From Lytechinus pictus (taxonomy: Eukaryota), in NCBI RefSeq assembly GCF_037042905.1, contig NC_087251.1, positions 682,001-746,000 on the forward strand: 64,000 nucleotides of DNA. The letters run 5' to 3'. The translations under genes were made by a program, and so were the position numbers. Each line of letters opens with the position of its first letter. Within the stretch, counting starts at the first letter, position 1. Below are positions 49,401-61,400 of this stretch, piece after piece. The notes under the pieces are model-generated. The model was not told the origin of the DNA. It saw only the letters and a program-made list of their open reading frames with translations, and ran no database searches.

Positions 49401-52400
49401 ACAAATATGAGACCATAAATAAACCCCACACAATTAGTTTTGTCACATTTATCTCCTGTCATTTGAAGTAAAAACAAATTCATATTGCTGTTGTGTAGAA
49501 GGTTATTTTTTCCCTTCAATTCCTATCTCTGCATCTTCCTTAATCTGTCTTATTATCTTACTATCTATATGTTATTTTGCTCATTCTCTTTTTATGATAA
49601 GTATAATTATGAATACAAAATTATTAAACACACAGATACAAAAACAAACACACACAAGACAATATAAAATTTGGCATAGAATAATCTCCTTAACATTACA
49701 CAAATATTCTGGGTTATTTAAATTATTATCTGAGTGTTGTAACTGCTAACATATCTAGATGGAAAGTTCTGGAAAAAAGCATTGAGACTTCAATCCAATG
49801 TCTCTTCAGCATTCTCGTTGATTTTGGATGGATGATGTGAAATGGAAATGAGAATGAAAACTTACCCTGACATTTACATATCTGACATCCTCTATCATTG
49901 ATCTCAAAGCCATGTGTACAGAGTTTCTTGCAGTCTGTCAGGAGAGGACACTTTCTACACTTGCACTTGAGACATCCATGACGGCCCATCTGATAACCAT
50001 AGAGACAGGACTTTGTACAGGAATCCATAGGCTTGCATTGCTGGCAGCGACACGTATCACAACCATTCTCATCTTGACGGAAACCAAAGGCACACTTCCG
50101 CGTACACTCACTCATGTCCTCACAAACACTGATTTCTGGTGAAAGAACAAAATGGAAAACCGTATATTTACAGTTGATCTACAAATATTACAAACAACTT
50201 TTTTTTCTAAATGAATCATGTAAAATCTGGAAAATTTTTGAAAGCAAAAATGAGGATAAGCTGAATTATTTCCAATATCATAGCTGTTAATGTATTTTGG
50301 AAATCATTATCCAAGAAGAGTAATAATCTAGCATAGCCCTAAAAACTCAAGTAAACAGAAAAATCAACCAAAGTCAAACTTGTCAATTCTTGGCCATTCT
50401 GGCGAATAATTTTTTTTTATTTTTTTTATTGAGTCAACTGTTTATACAGGTATAGGGTGATTTTTTTTTTTCTTTTCATTGATAGAGTGTTGAAATGATA
50501 TGGATCTGAAACCAATTTACTCTTAATCAATTACACTGTGAAGAGTCTTCTTGTGGTGATGTAGTGTTTGTCAAGTGTCAGTCTGATCTACATTATATTT
50601 TGTCTGGTCGTGGTCTGATCTTGGTCTGGTCATGGTCTGGTCTTAGTCTGGTCTTGTACTGGTCATGGTCTGGTTATGGCCTGGTCTTTGTCTGGTCATG
50701 GTCTGATCATGGTCTGGTCATGGTCTGATCTTGGTCTGGTCATGGTCTGATCTTGGTCTGGGCATGGTCCTGTTATGGGTCATGGTCTAATCTTGGTCTG
50801 GTCATGGTTTGGTCTTGATCTGGTCTTTGTCTGGTCTTTGTCTGGTCATGGTCTGATCTTGGTCTGGTCATTGTCTGATCTTGGTCTGGTCATGGTCTGG
50901 TCATGGTCTGATCTTGGTCTGGTTATGGCCTGGTCTTTGTCTGGTCATGGTCTGGTCTGGTCATGGTCTGGTCATGGTCTGGTCTTTGTCTGGTCATGGT
51001 CTGGGTCTGGTCATGGTCTGATCTTGGTCTGGGCATGGTCTGATCTTGGTCTGGTCATGGTCTGATCTTGGTCTGGGCATGGTCCTGTTATGGGTCATGG
51101 TCTAATCTTGGTCTGGTCATGGTTTGGTCTTGATCTGGTCTTTGTCTGGTCATGGTCTGGTCATGGTCTGATCTTGGTCTGGTCATGGTCTGATCTTGGT
51201 CTGGTCATGGTCTGATCTTGGTCTGGGCATGGTCCTGGTCTAATCTTGGTCTGGTCATGGTTTGGTCTTGATCTGGTCTTTGTCTGGTCATGGTCTGGTC
51301 ATGGTCTGATCTTGGTCTGGTCATGGTCTGGTCATGGTCTGATCTTGGTCTGGTTATGGCCTGGTCTTTGTCTGGTCATGGTCTGGTCTTTGTCTGGTCA
51401 TGGTCTGGTCATGGTCTGGTCATGGTCTGGTCATGGTCTGATCTTGGTCTGGGCATGGTCTGATCTTGGTCTGGTCATGGTCTGATCTTGGTCTGGGCAT
51501 GGTCCTGTTATGGGTCATGGTCTAATCTTGGTCTGGTCATGGTTTGGTCTTGATCTGGTCTTTGTCTGGTCATGGTCTGGTCATGGTCTGATCTTGGTCT
51601 GGTCATGGTCTGATCTTGGTCTGGTCATGGTCTGATCTTGATCTGGTCATGGTCTGATCTTGGTCTGGTCATGGTCTGGTCTTGTTCTGGTCTTGGTCTG
51701 GTCTTCGTCTGGTCTTGGTCTAGTCTAACAGACGGGGGAGGAGCTTCATGAAGTAGTTTGTAAGTTGTGCGTCTCTTGACTGAAAATCCTCTCTTAGGTG
51801 CTAAATCAGGTTCTCAGTTATTTTATTCGCATTACCTACAGTTAAAATCTTTATTGTTAAATTATCATTATTAATTATCAATCATTATTACTACTAAATA
51901 TCTCTATGAAACAACTCCTGTATTCAAGGTCTTGTAAATGTGGGAATAAAATAATCATACACCTATCTAAAACTAAAGCCTAAAAGGACTGCACGTACAT
52001 ACCTGGTAAACAATCACATAATGAACATCCATACTTGTCAGTCACATAGCCATTACTACAGCTCTCTACACAGTCTATAAGAGGACAAACAATTTCTATG
52101 TGCCTTGTACTTGTAGGTGTGGTCATTGTTGATGTTGCTGCTTCATTCCTTGTAGATGTTGATACTTCTGAACCTGAAGGCAACATTGTTGTTGGTATTG
52201 CTCTTGACGTTGATGGTGTCGGCACAGGTTCTAGGAGTGTGATTCAAAAAATTAAAGAAGTATAAACTGATCAGAGTGCATATAATTACGATGTTGCCTT
52301 GTCAAAGTTTGTTATTTGTTCAGTAAGGAGAGAGTGGGCAGGATAGTATCCAGTGAAGTATACACATCATAAACCTTAGATTAAGTTTATAGGGAATCTG

Positions 52401-55400
52401 TCATTGATATTTTCATAATACTATAATTTTTGTTGTTTTTTTTCTATTGTTTGGTTATAGTCAATAACCTCACGAAATCAACAGAATGATGTGAAGAGAG
52501 CATGGTGGGCTTATTATACCAGTGTGTGAACAAAAGCTGTGAATGCTCTCTCACTATCGTGAAAGAATTGATAATATATAGAGGAATCTTTCATGGATCA
52601 ATGCGGTGTCTTGACATGAGCAACAGAAAGTACATAATATATAAATGGATGGATAGATAGAGAGATAGATTTAAAAAAAGATGGATTGATGGATGGAAGG
52701 GTGGGTGGATGGGTAGGTTGGCAGGCAAATTGGTGGGATCAGATACTTCAGAACCTACCTGGAAGACATTGACAGATAGGGCATTCATTCTCATCCTTCT
52801 CATAGCCATAAGGACACAGTAATGTGCAGTTAGACTGTGGTGGTGGACAATCTAGTGGGTGCATGGTTATGAAGTTAGTCACAGCTGACAAAGATAAGAA
52901 GTGATATTCATATTAACGGAGGTGCACTTGACAAAAGAACTTGAAAATCATAAGAGGTTATTATCTAAACCCTATGATCATTCGGTGAGACTTGGACATA
53001 ACTAAAGCATAGTATCAGAATGAAGGGAAGAATTGATACCAAGATCCAGTGGTATATGTTGGCAAGCATCACAGGACAGACCCCAAACCCTCTATCTAAA
53101 CCCTGATTCTGGAATGATATATATATATGTAGCAATTGCTTCTGATACATGTAATTAAGAAAACTGAAGTAAACTTGCAGCAATGAGTAACAGTTAGAAC
53201 TGAGCAAAGGACACAGAGGGGTCCTAAAAAATACTTAGAATGGCCTTGATTTTGGCAAACAATAAAAAGATGACTGTGAACATAAATACAGTTCACATCA
53301 ATGTGTTGGGACATATCTGATGTGACATTTCTACAAAAACATCTATGATCTCTAATATGCAAAGTTTGGTATCTGTTGATATTATACAAAAATATATACA
53401 AGGTTTCTCATACACAACTTGATTATTTGGTCATCAAAGTGAATTGTAGGCTAATAAAGCTGGTTATACTTACTATCACAGACTGGACAACATATTCCTG
53501 GTACTGTCCTTGGATTGTAGCATCTGACTACACAGCTAGAAGTCATACAAGCCGATGTGCCATCAACACATTCACACATAGTACAATCATCCTCATCCCA
53601 TTTCTCCCCATGAATCTTGATACCATGTCTACTAGTAAGACAAAGCTGATTCTCCTCAAGGTTACAGTCTTGTTGGACGATGCAGTGTGCCCAACCAGTC
53701 TCACATTGACAGGTCTTACAGTTACCTACAGTCCAGGATTCACCATCTCGGTAGCTGCGTTCATGGTGGGTACAACCTTCTGTTACAATACCTAATTAGA
53801 AAAGAAAGATCACAATATTATTAGATTCAAAAGAGAAACCTCCAGGTACAATATATACACAGAAAGGATTGGTGGAAATAATATCATAATTATGTAGAGC
53901 CATTGCAGGTGATATGTCTTTACTCCAGTGTTAGAAGGGTAGGGGACAATGTCATGTACCCAAGATCCAAAACTAAGTATATACTGTAAATACGTTTTTT
54001 GTGGAATATAATACAATTTGTTCAATTAATTAGATGCCTTATTCCCAAACGACGATTGATTTATGGCTTGTTCGATAGACCTGTAAACAAAACTATTTCC
54101 ATATTTTTGTATAAGGTTGAAATTGGCAACAAAAAGCAATTTTTAAGTATGGAAAGCTAATCCTGGGGGGCGTTTCATGAAAGGACTTGTCGGACATTTT
54201 ATCCGACAAGTCCCATTTTATCCGACAGTTACCATAGTAACAGTACCTCTCAGCCAATCAACATCAGAGAAAGATGTCAGATCTGACAACTTGTCGGATG
54301 AAAATGTTGATGAAACACTCCCCAGGATTGTTCTTATGTGTACTTATATCAGGAACACCATCCATCAAGGGCTCTGACAACCACATACAACAAGCCATTT
54401 TGTAATCAGAAAAGCCTTAACAACTGTCAGGGTTTGAATGCAGTCTATGGAAGAAAACTGTAATCTGTGTCCAAGAAACTGGTCAATACAAACCTTCTTA
54501 CCCTTCATGATCAACTTACATTTCACATTCACTTTGTTCACTTCACTTACCTCCCTTCTTTAAAGGCCAAGTCCACCCCAGAAAATTGTTCATTTGAATC
54601 GATAGAGAAAAATAAAACAAACATAACGCTGCAAATTTCAACAAAATCGGATGTAAAATAAGAAATTTATGACGTTTTTAAGTTTCGCTTATTTGTCACA
54701 AAACAGTTAAACGCACAACTCAGCGATATGCAAATGAGAGAGTCGATGATGTCTGTCACTCACTATTTCTTTTGTTTTTTATTGTTTGAATTATACAATA
54801 TTTCAATTTTTACAGATTTGACAATAAGGACCAACTTGACTTAACCATAAACTTTTAAATAATGGTAATTCCACATGTTCAGGGAGTAATAAAATTTTGT
54901 TTCACATGACAATGGGTAGATAATTAGAATTTTTCATATTTCATATAATAAAATACAAAAGAAATAGTGAGTGGGTGACGTCATCAGTCTGCCAATTTGC
55001 ATACCGTCCAGGATGTGTATATAACTGTTTTTTGTGAAATTAAGCAAAAGTTTAAAATGTCATAACTTTCTTATTTTACATCCGATTTTGATGAAATTTT
55101 CAGTGTTTTGCTTGTTGGATTTTTCTCCTTCTATTCAAATTAACTTTTTGGTGGGGTGGACTTGTCCTTTAATACATTCCATTGTGTAATGACCCTAGAT
55201 TTCAATTTGACTTGCAGGTGTACATGATGAAATTTCCCTGGGCAATTTGTCAGCAAACCTACTTTTCACATTAAGTTTGCAATCTACTTTGCAAGTTGAT
55301 GTTCTAGTTTCTTGCACAGAACTGACGGCCCATGTCAGGTAGATTCTTATCCCATGTGGTCGGGTTTTGCTTTACTGATCATATACAGTAAGTTGGACAT

Positions 55401-58400
55401 ACAGATTCTTATCAATTGATTTGATGACAACATATTATACATCATGCATAAAACAGAGAATTTACCTGAACATTGTTACTCTTAAAGTCACACACTAAAA
55501 TTTGAGAGTGAGAAAGTTGTATTTCATTTTCTGATCTCTTCAATTAATAATACGAAAATAAAATTGCTATATTGGCAACCATCACAACAGGTTGCTTAAT
55601 ATTGAACTAAAAATCACATATATGAAACATGATGAAATCTCTGTCAATTAATGAATGTGTTTGAAAACTGAATCTACAATAAATATCAAATACATTTTGA
55701 TTAGGCCTGAGTAGAACCAGTCAGTCCGGGACACTGGTGCAATTTCTTCCAGACTGATAGACTGCTAGAATAAAGAAAAACATGAAAAATTCAGTATCTT
55801 CAAAGACTGTTAATATCAACCACTTTTCAAAGCATTATTCCCTTATCTAGATCTATATATCAAAACTTTCACATGATACTAAATTTCAAAGTAAAGCTAT
55901 GAAAATAGTAATGAGCAAGATTTTTCAATTTTCTTGCTTGAATTTTATCAGCCCAAAACATTATAATCCCTGTTAACGAGCACAGCCATCTTATTCTGGT
56001 TGTGATCGCATTTGTTTATAATTGCAATTCTGCAGAGGAGTAACTAAAAGTGGAAAAATTGCAATCAGATTAAAATGGATGTGCCCATGCACCTGGGATT
56101 AAAACAATTCGGGCCTATAAATTGAAGCAAGAAGATTGAGAGATCATGCTCAGTTCTATTATTTTCATAGCTCTTCTTGGTTAATTTTAGGTTTGGAAAT
56201 TTAGTCTCATGTGAAAATTTTGATTTACAGATCAAGAAATAAAAAGTGATTGAAATTCATAGTATTTGGTGACACTGAATTTCTCATGTATTTCTTCATT
56301 TTGGTGGTCCACAGGTTAAAAAAAAAAACAGGATGTCTCAGGCCTAATTTTGACATTTAAAGCTTGGAAATATATACAAAAATAAGTGTGCATATCATTT
56401 CATAGAACACAATATAGCAATTTAGCATATACAAAGTACTCCTCCCATTTTTTGCTAAATTTTCAAACCTGAAACTAATTCTCTTAAAAAAGGATGGAAA
56501 CGTGAGACATAGGTATTTGATTCAGTAATTCTACTTGGGGTAACACTAAATCCATTCTCCTGTGTCTCCACATAGAATGGGGGCAAAAGAGACTTGAAAC
56601 CAATACAACATCAAAGGATCCTTGCGCCCATTGTCTTTTATAAAGTATCTTTAGAGCTTAGGGAATTAAACAATGCTTGCACCTTGGACACTCTGGAGTG
56701 AATTTCATGCTTCTTTTCAACTTCACATTCACTGATATCATGGCATGGAAGCTCACCGTGAAATTATCTTGTTTTAAATGTCAACAAAAGCATCATGACA
56801 GAGTTTGGCTGAGATGTAAAGACCATGCTCTTTATACTAAATGTAAAAGCTTATTTAATGCAGAGACATGTTTTCACTAGATACAACACTTTGTTCACTT
56901 TACATGTAGATGTTGAAAATTCATGTTCTTAATAGTTTCTAAGGCATGTTCACACTAGATGTTGTAAATGAATGTTCTCACTCAATGTCGGGTATGTTCT
57001 CACAAGGTGTAAATGCATGAAACACAATTTTGTAGATATACTCAAGTAGTTCAGAGTAAATATCAAGGTGATATTCACTAATCATTGATATTGTACTATA
57101 TTGTTTGAATATAGTTTTGCGAAATGTTTTAAAAAGTCTGTACATAAAGAAAATGACTTAATAAAAACCTAGACATGCAGCGAAATAATGACCTATTGGT
57201 ATAGGAGTCTGGATTTAGACTGCTTTAGATTTGATGGAATTCCCTGTTGACAGTCATCATCTTAAACTAATCCAATGAAGTGGTCCAGGGTAGGTGTTTC
57301 AAGAAGCTGTTTGTAAGTAACATATGATTTTATGAACGACTGGTGACACTTTCTCGTGCCAAATGATATAACCCTGTATAGCTAACTTAGTACCTGAGGT
57401 GTTCCAGTCCTCTGTAAAGTCATGCGTAACTTTAGGAACAGCTTTATGAAACACCCACCAGATGTAGTCTGTTGACATCATCAGCAGAATGTATAGCTCT
57501 ACTGGAGATACTGTTGGGCAATAAGGTCAATGCTCTCAGGAAGTTTGAAACATTCCATCTTGTGACTCAATAGTCTACATAACTCCAAGAATACACTCTA
57601 CCTCTGGGTACTTCTTTGCAATATTTCAATTCAAACCATGAACCCATAGATAAAGCACTGTTATACAGAAGACGTTACATGGTCTTAAGAAATAGTTTTC
57701 AGGATAGCTTCTTGAATCACTTCATGTGTCCACCTTACTACCGTAGCGGTCGCTGATAGATTGGTCTAGCATGAATTATTCAGGAAAGGTGAGAGTGAAC
57801 CAGGGGAGTGTTTCATCAACATTTCCGTCCGACAAGTTGTCAGACCTGACAACTTTCCTTGATTCTGATTGGCTAAGAAGCACTGTTACTATGGTGACTG
57901 TCGGATAAAGTGGGACTTGTCGGATAAAACGTCCGACAAGTCCTTTCATGAAACGCTCCCCAGGTCAGAGAAACCTAACTGATGATACTTACCAACAACA
58001 CATTCATAGACATCACAGCATGATCCAGGTTCTATAGTACCACTGGCTATTCTCCTAGGAGAATAACCTTGAGAACAGACTGGTGTCATACATCGCTCTA
58101 GGGCACAGCTACATCTATCATGTAATAACAAAGGTAAAATCAATGGGTTAAAATCATGCAATCGTCTCCATCAACTATCTTTTCATTCCAATCGTAGTTA
58201 CAGTAACTTAAGTGTAATCCAATGTCATTGCCACAGATGGATGGGAGGTGGTTTGTAATAATCAAGGTTGTCAATAGTCCTGCTGTGATTACATCAATTC
58301 TAACAAGTGTTTTATAGTGCCAGCTTCTTGCTGTTGCTTGACTGTCATATGGGTTCTGAATATCAACATTTATAACAATAAATCGGAGTTACAACAGTAA

Positions 58401-61400
58401 TTCAGTAATCTTTATTTTCATCACTTTTTTCACCAGATCAATTTTTTTCATACACGAATTCAGATAATACAACTAAAAACTCCTAACTGCTTGTCCTCTG
58501 TTTATATCAAGTTTTTGGGGGTGGTTTGGGTGTCTGTTTATCAAAATGTTCACATGTCTAAGGGTGTGTTTATGATTCCATTGCGAGGACAGAATTGGCA
58601 TTTCCAAATGCAATTTCAGAATGCTGATTGCAAACATGGTTCTGGGAGTGCTGTTTATGCTTAATTTTTCCAGAGGCAAAATCGGAATCTGCAGCTGGCT
58701 TCACATTATAATTTACATTGAGCAGGAAAGCGAAGTCGAATTGGGCACATCCTTTTTCAATTTTTTTTTGCAGAGTGTTGGAGTGGTCAACTGTTATTTT
58801 AACTTTGAACAACTTCTGATCTTTTAGTAATTGCATGGAGCTAGATGGCACCCCGGGGGGGGGGGGGGGGGGGCTACTCGAATTATAACATGATACCTAC
58901 GTGCCACACCAAAGTCGAAAAAAGGGGGCTCTGGAACTAAATATTGGTCTTTAAAATGGGTGTCTCCAGAATGGCCCTTGAATCAATAATTGCTAAAAAT
59001 GCATTGCTTTGGAATTGACCATATCAAACATGGGGGTCTCTGGAACTCATTGATTGAGCTCGCCGCCCCGACCGGCTGAGTAGTTAATGATGGGCGCGTA
59101 CTGGAACGAGAAAGTACAAATTTGAGGGTCTCTGGAACAGGGGAAATAGGAATTTCTATGACTTTCTAAATTGGTGATGCTCTGGAACGGAAATTTAGAA
59201 TGAAAATCGGGGTCTCGACCGCGCCATATACATATCATACATTTATGCTAAGTAGCCCCCCAGGGAATGGCATAGCCATTCCACCATGGTGAGGGTAATT
59301 GGAAGACAAAATAGAGTATGTAAGTACACATTCAAGCAAATAATGACATCAGGTTTTGTTTGGCTCAGTGATGTCTCCTCATTAGAACTCATGTTCAGTA
59401 AGTATGATCTCTTAACATTTATTCTGATGATGAATAAGAGAAGGATTAACTACAATAGCACTTTATTCAATAATCATACCTGCAAATTCTTGCTCATTAT
59501 TAAAACCAGGGAGTTGAGAGGTAATGATGCAACTGTATTTCCTCATGGATGCAATAGCGTTTTGACCTAATCACGTTTGAAAATTCTTATTCTGGCCTAA
59601 AAAGTGGAAGCATAAATGCTCCCTAATTTCATGGATATAACACATGTTTCTATGGGCTGTCAAAGAAGTTCCATAGCAGGAACCTTACTGACCTGCTTGG
59701 TAGGATACAGCAGCCATCATCTGACATTCCTCCCATCACAGCCTTAGAATCAGGAGGACACATCTCTTCAGAGCTATCCGGACAAACAACTCCATTGCAA
59801 TGATTGGGGTCCACTGAAATAATAAAAATAATAATAATTAACAAATAAGTATCATAACCATAACAAATAAATATTGAAAACAATAATAGTAAAAAAAAAA
59901 TAATAATATTAATAATAATAATAAAAGTAATAACAAGTAATTATTACAATAGTATTCCGCTTTTTGTGTAGTGCTTAATACACCGGATTGAGGTCTCCAA
60001 GTGATAGAAAGTATGATAGTTGTAAAATAACTAATAATCATGTTCATCATTATTAGTCCTAGCAGCAGTAATGGCAGTAGCAACAGCACTAGTCATCATT
60101 GTCACCATAGAGGTTGTGGTAGTAGTAGGAGAATTGCAGAAATAATAGGAGTAGTATTAGAATTAGAGGAAGTAATCATAATGTGGTGTTCAGGTGGTTT
60201 TCAGGAGGTGCAAGTGGTGGTGGTGGTGGAGGGGGTGCTGGTAGTGGTGGTGGTGATGACAGTGGTGGTGGTGGTGGTGGTGATGACAGTGGTGGTGACA
60301 GTGGTGGTGGTGTTCAGGTGGTAATGGTAGTGGTGATGGTGGTAGTGGTGGTGATGGTGGTAGTGGTGGTGGTGGTGGTGATGACAGTGGTGGTGGTGGT
60401 GGTGATGACAGTGGTGGTGGTGTTCAGGTGGTGACGACAGTGGTGGTGACAGTGGTGGTGGTGTTCAGGTGGTGATGGTAGTGGTGATGGTGGTGGTTGT
60501 AGTGGTGGTGGTGATGGTAGAATTTGAACTTAATTGATAGTACATTACATATGGGAATAACAGTAGACCAACTGGTATTAGACCAAAAAATATGAGCAAA
60601 CAAAAAATCAGATTTCAAATGATGAATCACCATAATTACAACTGATACTTTTAAACAAAAACTTCTTAAATTGGCCATAACTGGTATCATGCCCTCCATC
60701 CTGTGTCAAGGAATAGGGTGGTCTTTGATATGATCCATAATTTGGTATCGCTCTCTTAGAAATGGTAGAGAATAAAATTGAAATGACATCCCAAAGGAGT
60801 TTAGCACAATGAACAGCAATTTTAGTTGCAATTCATCATCTTCTTTCGCTAGTCTTCTTCCAAAAAAAAACATGCTATAATTTCAATATCTCTTTCATTT
60901 TACAAATTGAGGCACTTTAAACAAATAAGCCATAAAACCATCTAGATGACATCAAAAGGTAAGTTCAGAATTAAAATGAAGGAGATCAAGAAGATTCACT
61001 AACAAGGGCTAATTTAGATTTTAGGAGCAAAATGGAATTTGTCCCATGGACCTATGTACTTTTGCCTGAAGCAGATATAGATTGTACTTCAAGTCTATCT
61101 AACCTTCAAAATGTATTATTAGTATTATTCATTATTTTCACAGTTTCTAACTCCTTTTTTTCTTAGAAGAGGGCAAACTACCTATGAACTTTAATCCAAA
61201 CTTGAACATTTCTTTTGAATGTTGATCTACGTTCTAGACACTCTTCATTTACTAGCTTGGAAATTCCTAGAGATCTTACACTGTGTCTATAAATTCTGCC
61301 ACCTAGTTTTCACTCACTACAACACCATTATCATGATAACAATAGGTTTTCACAAGCTCACAAAAATGAATTGATTATTTAAAAAAATACTTTATACTAT

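Noticed and set aside
50775..51485. Trp/Ser/Gly-rich ORFs
   Set aside because: Translations of the TGGTC satellite
53376..53795. 139-aa plus-strand ORF (also 62997..63278 and 49912..50142)
   Set aside because: Antisense shadows of CRIM1 exons
60040..60699. Poly-Val, poly-Gly and poly-His ORFs
   Set aside because: Translations of a trinucleotide microsatellite; no splice support
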